Source: Mobula hypostoma (lineage: Eukaryota). From it: a stretch of 64,000 nt of DNA. This document shows, one piece after another, positions 24,953 to 36,408 of this stretch; the stretch's first letter is position 1; each line of letters opens with the position of its first letter. Below the pieces are notes generated by a model, which made no database searches, was not told the DNA's origin, and saw nothing but the letters and a program-made list of their open reading frames with translations. The DNA lies in assembly GCF_963921235.1 (NCBI RefSeq), contig NC_086108.1:17608001-17672000 (forward strand), written 5' to 3'. Both the position numbers and the translations under genes were made by a program.

Positions 24953-25104
24953 TACATCAAATGATATGTCATGCAGGGCGAATGTAGAAAATAGGAAACA
25001 CTGATCACAAAGTCATTCCTATAAACTAGGACACTGGGGATTTGCCTCCTGTTCTTTTTTCAAAGCTGATTATTACATACAAGACATAGCAGAATTTTTT
25101 TAAC

Positions 25105-26600
25105 TAAAAGAAATTTTATTCACAATAAAAATTATTTCAGGAATAACTCATGCAATAACTTTTCATTCTTACATTCATAGACAATGTGTTAAGTAATGTT
25201 CTATTACATTTCTTAAAAACCAATAGCACTGTTGCCATTCATGTGGCCCCCGGGGTGGTATGCTACTACAATAATTGAGGGGCTTCTCCATCCAACCCAA
25301 CCCCTCCCTGCCCAGTAGCGAAAGAACCCTAGACTGTCGTCATCCCCCACTGAGCCCTTGCTGTGGGTATGTCCCTCAGTATGTACTCCTGAGCCTGGAC
25401 TGTGCTACGCAGCAACATTCTTCCATGGACATCTCGATGAGCTGGCAGACCAAGTTTTGGGCAGCCCAAAGGGTGTTTTTCACCGAGTTGATGATCTGCC
25501 AGCACCACTCTACCTCCTTCACTCTGCATGTATCCTTGGGACAGCCCGTAGATCAGACTCCTCTGTTATGCAGCATCTCGGAATGAAACACGGCCCAGGT
25601 CCTTACATCTGTCTCCACACCCTCTTTGTAAACCCACAGTCTGCAGAGGTGAGCCATCACACACCCCCACAGCATTCATTCCATGGGGAGTGATGTTACA
25701 GGCATGCACAAAGGGTCTGACTTGGAGGGCTCCTCTCACCACCAGCCAGGCAAGATGTTAGTTACTGTTGGTGAGGTTCTGGCGATGACACATCCTGCTA
25801 GAATGTCTGGACAGTCTGCTCAGTCCACTGTGTCCATCCAGTCCTTCTCCTTCAGTGCCTCCAAGATGTGCCAAGCTGACCACTGCTTGATGAACGTGGT
25901 CAAAGGTGTTGGTCTGGAAGAACTTCTCCACATAGAACAGGCAGTGTGGCAATGTCCAGCTGACTGGGACGTTGTGCAGTAAAGGGGCCAGACCCATCGT
26001 GCACAACACAGAGGTCAGATAGAACCTCGGCACATAGGGTACTTGGTGCCCATGTACTTAGGTTCCACACAGCCTGATGCAGCTACACATGAAGATGGTC
26101 ATCAGGGTGAGAGTGCCATTGAGTATATTTTCTCCTGCATTGTCTAGGGACTTGTGCATTGTGATCTGTATGTTTCACTCCAACTTGGATTTCCAGATGA
26201 ACTGGAAGATGGCCCAGGTGATTTCCAAACTGGAGGAGCAGACAGGCGGTTCATACCTGCACCAAGTACAGCAGTCCTGAGAGTACCTCACACCTGATGA
26301 CCAGGCTTTTCCCAGTTACTAAGGACGAGTGTCCCAACGTTTGTTTTAACCGCTCCAGCCAACTCTTGTTGAATGCCTCTGCTCCTCCAACCCAGATCCC
26401 CAGCACCTTCATGTAATCGGACCCAATGTGAAGGGACAATGAATCAGTCATGCCAGTTGCCCAAGAGCATGCCCTCCTTTTTCCTGCAATTAATCTTGGC
26501 CCCTGATATCAACTCAAACTGGTCACAGATGCTGATCAATAAGTGAACTGACCTTGGATCCAAGCAGAAGGTAATGGTGTCGCCCATCTACAGGGTGGTT
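25105..26600 (-). mobile_element. Tx1/L1-clade non-LTR retrotransposon 3' part, decayed
   Basis: Minus-strand fragments encode MKVLGIWVGG..., GKSLVIRCEVLSGLLYL, SWTLPHCLFYVEKFF and QEYILRD, with a degenerate YMDD-like site near 26585 and an AATAAA 3' end near 25115. Confidence 0.8.
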
Positions 26601-27509
26601 GACAAAGCCACATTTTGACAACTTCACTGGGACCTACCATAGATTCTGGGATGAGTCATGAACTCACAACCTTCTGACATTGAGACTGGCAGTGATTGGT
26701 CTCAGCAAGGCAAACAGGTCCTTCTGAAAACCACAAATTGATAATGTCTCCAAGCACGGAGTTGACTGTGGATTACTGTTAATTTTCAATGCAGTTTCTT
26801 ACTGAATCAGTCAAGACTGCAAAGAGTCACTCAGATGACACACAAGGCCAGTTGCACTCTCAGAACGCGTCTCTTTCCTTGATGGTATTTGACAGCAAGG
26901 ACCAAAAAAAAACAAAATTGTTCCTTGCTCAAGATGCATCATTCTTCACATGGAACGTTTGGGATCTGGAAACTCTGTCACCTTTTCCTTTGGATGCTGC
27001 TGCAGATTCCTCTTGACAATTCCTAGACTGAGTCATGGTGAGCCAGGACTTTCCTATCAGCTTACCTCATTTTACATGTGGTGGTTTTCTGGAAGCTGAC
27101 CATGTTATCTCAGCAATGATCACTGCTGGCTTGCCGCAGGATATCTGCTGTGCTGGACTGGGATCACCATGAGGATATCCCTTACTTGCCTTTTATCTTG
27201 CTGAGATTTTGCTCCATGAGGATAATGCCCAGTTTCTCGACCCCAACTCTTTGAACCCTCCCAATCCTGACTTTCCGACAACCAACTCCCCCCACAATTC
27301 CACCCAGTTATTCTGCCAGCTCCTCTACTTTCCTCTAGAGACTCTGCAGTAGGTCAACCTACTGCATGCAATGCCCTCATCAATGCCCACATCAGCTCTT
27401 AGGTGCAATGTAATACCATGTCAGTGTTCCACATAGGGTCATAGAGCTACTAAAAATGGCCCTTTGGCCCACCATAATCATATTCACCCATCAAGTACCC
27501 ACCTATACT

Positions 27510-27712
27510 GGAAACACAAAAGACGGAAGATGCTGGAATCTGGTATTACAAACTATCTGTTGGAGGAATTCAGCAGCTCGAGCAGCATTTGTGGAGGAAA
27601 GGAACTGTGGATGTTTTGGGTTGAAACCCTGCATCAGGACCTGAAACATCAACAATTCCTTTCTCCCGCAGATTCTGTTCGACCCACTGAGTTTCTCCAG
27701 CAGATTGTTTAC
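27510..27712. repeat. Penelope-type foldback repeat with two inverted arms
   Basis: atctgttggaggaattcagcagctcgagcagcatttgtggagg ... accctgcatcaggacctgaaacatc ... cccgcagattctgttcgacccactgagtttctccagcagat. Confidence 0.7.
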
Positions 27713-28219
27713 CAGTCTATTCTAATCTCATTCTCTACGTTTGGTGTATGCCTTGATGATTCAAATGCTCATCCAGGTGACTTCATCAATGTTGGGAGAG
27801 TCTCTGCCTTTAACACTCTTTCAGGTAGTGTATTCCAGATTCTGATCGCCCACTTGAGGGAAAAAAATCCCCTCAGATCCTCTCTAAACTGCCTACCGAT
27901 TATCTGAAACATCTGTTCTCAAGTTTTAGGCACGGCTTCTATTGGGAAAACTTTCTCACTATTCATTCTGTCTCTCTATCACATCATTTTGTAGGACTCC
28001 CTCAGTCTTTTCTGCTTCCAAGGAAAACAAACCCAGCCTGTCCAGTCTCTCCTCAAATTCTCTGATCTCTTCCTGCCTGATCACATTTAAGACAGCACAA
28101 CAGCTTCATTCATCGAAGCAGAAATTTGAAAGCATAAACTGATCTCCATCATAGTCAGGGTAGGGAAACAAAGGCAGGTGAAAGAAAGCTAGTTGTTTTC
28201 TGCAGGTTCTGTTGAACTA

Positions 28220-28476
28220 CAGTAAAGTGCAAAAGTCTTAGGCACATATATAGAGCTAGGGTACACATTTTGCACCGTACAGTACATTATGTTTTTCAGT
28301 TACCAAATAACACTATGCTACTGAGCTAATACAAAGCTAAGTACTCTTATTTCTGTTTCCCAACCATCTTATTATTTTAACTAATCGATAATCAGTACCG
28401 TGCAAAAGTCTGAGTCACTCTAACTATATAATATATATACATGTGTGTGTGTGCTGAAGAATTTTGCACAGTTCTG
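28220..28476. mobile_element. Two tiny Tc1-like MITEs (28220-28282 and 28393-28476)
   Basis: TIRs resembling CAGTA(C/A)(C/A)GTGCAAAAGTC and TTTTGCAC(A/C)GT..(T/A)G|TA, with TA at three of the four ends. Confidence 0.7.
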
Positions 28477-28714
28477 TAAGAATATACTGGCATCTACAGG
28501 AACATCACAAACCAAATAATCTGCAAATGATCTTCATCTGTGTATAATTAGACTATTGACCCAGCTTTCGGTAACACACTGGTGCCTAAACACTAGTGGT
28601 GAATCCGTGCTTGCAATCCCACATTTTAAGCATATAAACCCCAATATGGCATTCCCCTTCTTTCTTCCATTGGCTATGTGCCACTTTAAACTTAATGACA
28701 AACGTAGGTCAAAT

Positions 28715-29225
28715 AAGTTGCGTGCAGTTCTGGTTGTCTCATTATAGGAAGGATGTGGAGGCTTTGGAAATGGTGCAGAAGAGGATTACCAGGATGCTGC
28801 CTGGATTATAGGGTATGAGCTATAAGGAGAGGCTGGAGAAATTTGGGTTGTTTTCTCTGGAGCTTCAGAGGCTGAGGGGTAACTTGATAGGAGTTTGTAA
28901 GATTACGAGAAGCATAGATAGGGTGATAGTCAGAATCTTTTACTTAAGGTAGAAATGTCAAGTACTAGAGGACATGCATTCAAGGTGAGAGGGGGAAACT
29001 TTAAAGGAGATGTGTAGGGCATGTTTTTTTAGTCAGAGAGTGTCAGATGTCAGGAATGCGCTACAAGGGGTGGTGGTGGTGGATACAGAAACAATAGTGG
29101 CATTGAGATAGATACATGAATATGCAAGGATGAGGGATGAAGACATGTACAGTCAGAAGAAATTTAGTAGTTTAATTCAATATAGTGGAAAGGGCTGATT
29201 GCCAAGGTGTATTTTTTATGTTACG
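28715..29225 (+). mobile_element. CR1 LINE 3' fragment
   Basis: VQFW.SHYRKDVEALE.VQKR.TRMLPGL motif followed by the 3'UTR. Confidence 0.85.
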
Positions 29226-29349
29226 TAAATGATGAATGGTCAAACACACACACCTAGGATGACCCTCTCTCAGACTCGCAGCCTTATTTCTTCCACTGAC
29301 ATGTCACATTTGCAGAAAGGCAAAGTGGAAGGAAAGTTGCAGTTATGTA

Positions 29350-30262
29350 GCGCCGCTCACAAACTCAGGACATCACGTTGCCACGAAAAGCAATGGACAC
29401 TACAGCCAAGAAACCTCACCAACACCTCTAGTTCCTCAGGACGCTAAAGAAGTTTGGCAGGTCCTCTTTGACCCTTACCGATTTTAATTGATGCACCAAC
29501 AGAAAGCATCCTATCCTGATGTATCATGGCTTGGTATGGCAATTGCTCTGCCCATGACTGCAAGAAACTGCATAGAATTGAGGACACAGCTTAACACATC
29601 ATAGTAACAGCCTCCCCTCCACGGATTTTATCTATTTTTCTTACTGCGTCAATAGTATACTTCATTAGGACTTTGAGATTTGGTATGTCACCAAAGACTC
29701 TAGCAAATTTTTACTGTTGTACCATGGAGAACATTCTGATTGACTGTATCACCATCTGGTATGGAAGCTCCAATGCACAGGATCAGAAAAGGCTGCAAAG
29801 GGTTGGAGTCTCAGCCAGCTCCATCATGGGCACTAGGTTTTCCACCATTAGGGACATCTTCAAAAGGCTAGAAATGGTTTGCCTCTTGGAGCACAGGAGG
29901 CTGAGGTGTGACCTTACAAAGATGAATAAAATCAGGAGGGGTATAGGTAAGATGAATGGCCACAATCTTGTCCCCAGGGAAAGGGGACACAGGGCACAGG
30001 TTTAAGGTAAGAGGGAAAAGATTTAGAAGGGACCTGAGGGACTGATTGTTCACACAAAGAATGATGGGTATATGGAACAAGCTGCCAGAGGAAATGATCG
30101 AGGAGACTACAAATACCAACTTTAAAAGGCAGGTTGTTAGGAAAGGTTTAGAGGGATATAGGCCAAATACAAGCAAATAGGATTAAGTCAGTTCAGGAAT
30201 TTTGTCAGCATGGATGAGTTGGGGCAAGAGGATTGTTTTCTATGCTGTATACCTCTATGACT
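29350..30262 (+). mobile_element. Rex1/Babar fragments (~29350-29870) followed by a CR1 3' fragment (~29870-30262)
   Basis: FGMSPKTLANFYCCTMENIL..CITIWYG, then LEHRRLRCDL and a CR1 3'UTR that contains the empty MITE target gtttagag. Confidence 0.75.
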
Positions 30263-30479
30263 CACCCAACAAAGTGTCTATGTGACTCCAGACACACCAA
30301 CAGTCAGCCATTCTGTTCAAGGACAATTAGGGATGGGCGATACATAGTAGCTTTGCCAATGAGATCCACATCATCATGGAGACATGCAGCATGGAAACAG
30401 GCACTTTGGCCAACTGAGTCCGTGCCAACCATCCTTAAACATGAAGAATGATATTGAAGAGTTTGATAAAATTCTGTTC

Positions 30480-31620
30480 CTGAGCTTCTCTGCAAGTTTC
30501 GCTTGGGAGGGGCAGGGGATACAGGGTGCGGAAAACCAGGGCAAAGTGGGTTTAACAGTATCGCAAAGTCGTAGGCACTTTTATCCTGGTAAAAAGGTTA
30601 TCAGCAAGTTTATCCCTTCTCTCTGTCCTGTGGTACAGGGCCAACTTCCCCACAGAGGAACAGACATGATTACCCGTGGACAGACACAAATTCCCTCTCC
30701 TAGCAAGCACACCTTCAATGGAGAGCTAATCTTACCATAAAAGGGCCGAAGGGTCCAGAAGTCCTCCATTGGTTCTGATGACTGGTGCAAATGGGAGCCA
30801 GGTGCTGACACTGAGAACTGTCCAGGAGCCACGGAGGAACCAGCTGACAGCTCTGCTGGTGAGATTCAGCCACTTCACCAGGAGGGAAGGGGTAACAGGA
30901 GGAATGGGCAGCACTGGCCGGGTAAACTCGTGTCACTTATGTCGCCTGCGCACAAAAAAATCCTAACTGCTCTGCACAGGCAGAAGAGACTAGACCAAAG
31001 GTCAGGGGCGTGTAAAGAAAATTTAAATCAAATCGCTTCTCCTCTACCTCCTCTGCCGTTCCTCAGGAAAACCAGATGATGCTCGGGGTAAAAAAAGCTG
31101 TTGACTGACAGTGTCCCTAAATCCAGGCTGTCAGTGCTGTTCATAAATCCATTAATTATCTCCACAGCCGCAAATCAAATCCCACACCTAGAACATTAAA
31201 CTCCCTATCTCTGCCGTGGTCAATTATTAAACTGTACACATGTGCTAAGTACATAAATAGCCTTGGATTTTAACTTCTCCCCACAACATTCACATTCCAA
31301 ACTCCATAATCTCCCACACCCACTACCTCCCACTCCACTTCCTTCTCTTCTTCCCCTCCCCAAACCCCCTTCGCCACAAGGCAACACATGCTAAAGTAGC
31401 TTAAACTATAAAAAGATTTGTGAGATCTTATTACATTAAGCATAATATAAATGCTCAGATCACAGGTCCCAGGGAGCTCTCAAAATGAGATTTGAGCTGG
31501 CTGAATGGCTTCAAGAGGGGGCGGGTAGGAAATGCTGCCATTATTTTTGCCCCTTACAAGGAGGTGTTTGTCTGTCTACAACCTGTTAATAGAATAGAGA
31601 AGCCGATTGCATATTTCAGC
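30480..31620. promoter_or_regulatory. Repeat-free island with clustered transcription-factor motifs (candidate distal promoter or enhancer)
   Basis: AGACCA-A-AGGTCA (DR1-like, contains NBRE AAAGGTCA) at 30992-31004, TGACTGACAG at 31102-31111, an inverted CTGTCAGT at 31128-31135, and TAAT/ATTA clusters. Confidence 0.45.
30736..30769 (-). CDS. Candidate alternative first coding exon (MEDFWTLRPFY plus 1 nt), possibly of the RXR gene
   Basis: The minus strand reads ccaATGGAGGACTTCTGGACCCTTCGGCCCTTTTATG|gtaaga. It is 34 nt, phase 1 like the RXRG exon, has an in-frame stop upstream and sits in a ~1.1-kb repeat-free island. I do not recognise the peptide. Confidence 0.4.
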
Positions 31621-31660
31621 CTATCCAGCTTCCACCAGTAGACTGCAAAAGCTATGTGAT

Positions 31661-31750
31661 CTGCTGAAGGGTCTCAGCCTGAAATGTCGACTTTACTCTT
31701 TTCCATAGATACTGCCTGGCCTGCTGAGCTCCTCCAGCAGTGTGTGTTAC
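31661..31750 (+). repeat. Penelope-type repeat with a degenerate hammerhead core
   Basis: CTGCTGA-agggtctcagcct-GAAA-tGTC-gact followed by the family arm. Confidence 0.7.
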
Positions 31751-31924
31751 GTGATTCGTCTTTCTTTCAGCAGAGCCCCCACTATTTCACCACTCCAACA
31801 ACTAATTGTACTCCCCTTTGAAAGTTGCTGTTGAATCTGCCTTTTGCCTTTTAGGCAGCCCGTTCCACATCTCGCTGTGTCAGAACGCTATCCTTACTTT
31901 CTCCTCGTCTCTTGACAATCACGC

Positions 31925-32350
31925 TGCTGGTAGAACTGCTGCCTTACCTTGGATTCTGACCTGTGTGGAGTTTGCACATTCTCCCTGCGACCATGTGGGG
32001 TTCCTCTGGGGTGCTTCGGTTTCCTCCCACATCCCAAAATCATCTGGGTTAGTGGGTTAAGTAGCCTCTGTGAGTTGCCTTAATGTGTGGAAGAATTGTA
32101 GAAACTGGGAGTTATTGAGGTGAAGGTGGGATGAATTAAAAATTTTATGAATGTAGGATTTGTGTAAAATGCTGTTGATGATCACGAAATCCAAGCAACA
32201 CACACAAAATGCTGGAGGAACTCAGCAGGCCAGGCAGCATCTATGGAAAAAAGTTAGTCGATGTTTCGGGCTGAAACCCTAGCTGTACACGAGACCATTT
32301 TGTGATCAGTGTGCTGAACAGCCTGTTTCCATGCCATATCTCTCTGACTT
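31925..32350 (+). mobile_element. HE1/V-SINE-like SINE, interrupted at ~32188-32283 by a Penelope-type repeat on the minus strand
   Basis: tgtgtggagtttgcacattctccctgcgaccatgtggggttcctctggggtgcttcggtttcctcccacatcccaaa. Confidence 0.8.
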
Positions 32351-32464
32351 CAGTCCTCTGGTTACATACCTTCATGTCAGTTTTTCCCTGTTCAACCTAA
32401 AAAACCTGCACACTATCTCACACAATATGTAATTTCCTCTCTCTCCTCTTACACTGGTATCATT

Positions 32465-32565
32465 ATCCTGATGAAGAGTCTTGGCCCAATACGTCGATTG
32501 TTTATTCATTTCCGTAGATTCCCCCTGAGCTGCTGAGTTCCTCCAGCATTTTGTGTGTGTTGCTT
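32465..32565 (+). repeat. Penelope-type repeat with a degenerate hammerhead core
   Basis: CTGATGA (32468-32474)-agagtcttggccc-AATA-cGTC-gattg followed by the family arm ctgctgagttcctccagcattttgtgtgtgttgc. Confidence 0.7.
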
Positions 32566-33530
32566 ATGTTTATTTTGTTGTGCAAATTGGGTAAACTTTT
32601 GTTGTTAATTTAAGTTTATGTTAACCTAAGTTTGTCATGGTTGCAATGTACTGTGCTGCTGATAAAAGCTCATTTGGCATTGATATCATACATTTGTGTA
32701 CATATGATAATAAATAAATTTATAAAATTACAACACAGCCTAGGCAGGGCCTTTTCTAAAATAATAGCAGTGGCAGAAGAATTGTTTACTGAGAGCCAGT
32801 CCTACAATGTAGAGCCAATGTAAGAGTAGAAAGAGACAGAGTAGGAGGGCTTTGGTTCAACAGAGCTTTGGCGATAACAGGTTGAGGCAAGCTGAGTTAC
32901 TTGCGAAGAATAGGAATAGGAAGTATGTCTGTGAGGCCGGTGTTCTGTACTGGGTGTCAGATGTGGTATGTTCGGGAGACTCCCAGCCCCCTGGAAGGCC
33001 ACATCTGCGCCAGGTGCGTCAAGCTGCAGCTCCTTAGGGACCGGGAGTAAGGAACTGGAGATGCAACTCAATGACCTTCGTCTGGTCAGGGAAAGTGAGG
33101 AGGTGAAAGAGAGGAGCTATAGGCAAGTAGTCACACTGGGGCCTCGAGAGACAGGTAAGTGGGTAACAGTCAGGAGAGGGAAGGGCAAGGGTCAGATACT
33201 AGAGAGTACATCTTGGCTGTCACCCTTAACAATAAGTACCCCTGTTTGAGTACTGTTGGGGGAGGGGGGAAACCTACATGGGGAAAGCAACAGTGTCTGA
33301 AAAGTGTCTACATGGGAAAGAGTCTGGCCCTGTGGGTCAGATGGGTAGGGAAAGGAAGAGGATGGCAACAGTGATAGGGGACTCTATAGTTAAGGGGTCA
33401 GATAGGCGATTCTGTGGATGCAGGAAAGAAACTCGGATGGTAGTTTGCCTCCCAGGTGTCAGGGTCTGGGATGTTTCTGATCGTGTCCACAACATCCTGA
33501 AGTGGGAAGGTGGAGGTCATGGTACATATT

Positions 33531-34187
33531 GCCCAGTTTGAGCTTTGACTGCCATGGCCCACACACTCCTGTTTCGGGTCAAGTGGATCAATTCATTGGT
33601 ATTCATTTCCAGTTTTCTGGCTGCTGTCTCCATCATCATTTGTCTTTGCCTTCCTCTTGCTTTCTTCCCTTCAATCTTTCCTACAATTATTGTGCATTCT
33701 AACTCCTCTTTCCTAATCACATGTCCAATGAAGTCACGTTGCCTTTTCATGATCTCATACATTATTTCTCTTTTTGTGTTTGCTCTGTTCATGACATCGT
33801 CGTTAGATATTCATTTCATCCATGATATTCTTTGCATCCTCTTCAAAAACCACATCTCTGCTGCTTCAATTTGTTTCCTCATGTTACTAGATATTGTCCA
33901 ACATTCTGAGCCATATAACATAACTGGATAAACGTAACATTTCAGTGCTCTGAGGTGGGTTGTCATGCCTAGTTTAGTATTGGTCAGTGTACTCTTCATT
34001 GTAGTAAAGGTGTCTTTTGCCATCCCTATTCTTCTTTTGATGTACATGTTGCACCTGCCATCTGATGTCACCCAGCTTCCAAAGTAGCAAAAGTTCTGTA
34101 CTTGCTTTATGTCTTCCCCGTTTATTCTCAGCCTGCCGACAGGATTTTCCTTCTTTTTGGATATCACCATACATTCTGTCTTTTTGC
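33531..34187 (-). mobile_element. RTE-clade LINE fragment inserted into CR1 ORF1
   Basis: KKTECMVISK, IKQVQNFCYFGS, IKRRIGMAK, YVYPVMLYGSECWT, EAAEMWFLKRMQRISW, GKIEGKKARGRQR. Confidence 0.9.
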
Positions 34188-35009
34188 AACAACATAGGTA
34201 GGAAAAGGGAGGAGGTATTGAAAAAAGGCTACAGGGAGTTAGGAAGGATGTTGAGAAGCAGGACCTCTAAGATAGTAATCTCGGGATTATTGCCTGTGCC
34301 ACGTGACAGTGAGTATAGGAATAGAGTGAGGTGGAGGATAAATGCATGGCGGAGGGATTCAGATTTCTGGATTATTGGGAACTCTTTTGGGGCAGGAGTG
34401 ACATGTACAAAAAGGACAGGTTGCACTTGAATCTGAGGGGGCCAATATCCTGGCAGGGAGGTTTGCTAAGGCTATTGGGGAGAGTTTAAATGAGAATCAC
34501 TGGGGCTGGAAACTGAACTGAAGAGCCGGAGGTAGGGGTGGTTGGCTCACAAATCGAGAAAGCTTGTAGACAGTGTGAGAAGAAGGATAAACAGGTGATA
34601 GAGAAGGAATACGCTCAGACTGCTGGTTTGAGATGTGTCTGTCTTAATGCAAGGAGTATCATAAACAAAGCAGATGAACTTACAGCATGGACCAGTACTG
34701 ATCAGCTATGATGTTGTGGCCATTACAGAGAGTTGGATGGCTTGGGGACAGGAATGGCTACTGAGAGTGCCAGGCTTTAAATGTTTCAGAAAGGACAAGG
34801 AGGGAGGCAAAAGAGGTGGGGGCTTGGCACTGCTGATCAGAGATAGTGTCCCGGCTGCGGAAAAGGAGGAAGTCATGGAGGGATTGTCTACTGAGTCTCT
34901 GTGGGTGGAAGTTAAGAATGGCAAGGGGTCAATAACTCTACTGGATGTTTTTCAAAGACCACCTTGTACATCGAGGAGCAGGTAGGGAGACAGATTCTGG
35001 AAAGATGCA

Positions 35010-35372
35010 ATGATAGATGTGTATAAGATGATGAGGGGCATTGATCGTGTGGATAGTCAGAGGCTGTTTCCCAGGGCTGAAATGGCTAACACGAGAGGGC
35101 ACAGTTTTAGGGTGCTTGGAAGTAGGTACAGAGGGGATGTCAGGGGTAAGTTTTTTTATGTAGAGAGTGGTGAGTGCGTGGAATGGGCTGCCGGCAATGG
35201 TGGTGGAGGTGGATATGATAGGGTCTTTTAAAAGACTCCTGGATAGGTGCACAGAGCTTAGAAAAATGGGGGGCTACGGGTAACCCTAGGTAATTTCTAA
35301 AGTAAGTACATGTTTGGCACATCATTATGGGCTTAAGCGCCTGTATTGTGCTGTAGGTTTTCTATGTTTCTC
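35010..35372 (+). mobile_element. CR1 3' fragment nested in the host CR1 endonuclease region
   Basis: IDVYKMMRGIDRVDSQRLFP plus 3'UTR, splitting the host's QILER...NRVVVVGDFNFP. Confidence 0.88.
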
Positions 35373-36408
35373 TAACAGGGTTGTCGTGGTGGGAGATTTT
35401 AATTTCCCAAATATTGATTGGCATCTCCCCAGAGCAAGGGGTTTAGGTGGGTTGGAGTTTGTTAGGTGTGTTCAGGAAGGTTTCCTGACATAATATATAG
35501 ATAAGCCTACAAGAGGAGAGGCTCTACTTGGGAAATGAATCTGGTCAGGTGTCATGTCTCTCAATGGGAGAGCATTTTTGAGATAGTGATCACAATTCTA
35601 TCTCCTTTACCATAGCATTGGAGAGGGATAGGTACAGACAAGTTAGGAAGGCATTTAATTGGAGTAAGGGGAAATATGAAGCTATCAGGCAGGAACCTGG
35701 AAGCATAAATTGGGAACCGATGTTCTCAGGGAAATATACGGCAGAAATATAGCAAATATTCAGGGGATATTTGCGTGGTGTTCTGCATAGGTAAATTCCA
35801 ATGAGACAGGGAAAGGATGGTAGGGTACAGGAACCATGTTGTACAATGGCTATTGCAAATCTAGTCAAGAAGAAAAGAAAAGCTTAGGAAAGGTTCAAAA
35901 AACTAAGTAATGGTAGAGATCTAGAAGATTATAAGGCTAGCAGGAAGGAGCTTAAGAATGAAATTAGGAGACCAGAAGAGGCCATGAGAAGGCCTTGGTG
36001 AGCAGGATTAAGGAAAACCCCAAGGCATTCCACAGTATGTGAAGAGCAAGAGGATAAGACATGAGAGATAGGACCAATCAAGTGTGACAGTGGAAAAGTG
36101 TGTATGGAACCAGAGGAGATAGCGGAGGTACTTAATGAATACTTCACCACAGTATTCACTACAGAAAAGGACCTTGGCAATTGTAGGGATGACTTACAGC
36201 AGACTGAAAAGCTTCAGCATATAGACATTAATAAAGAGGATGTACTGGAACTTCTGGAAAGCATCAATTTGGATAAGTCATTGGTACTGGACGAGATATA
36301 CCCTAGGCTACACTGGGAGGTGAGGGAGGAGATTGCTGAGCCTTTGGCAATGATCTTTGCATCACCAATGGGGACAGGAGAGGTTCTGGAGGATTGGAGG
36401 GTTGCAGG

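Noticed and set aside
33278..34430. GDSL/SGNH esterase as a host gene
   Set aside because: It is the known esterase domain of CR1 ORF1, directly upstream of ORF2 and disrupted by an RTE insertion.
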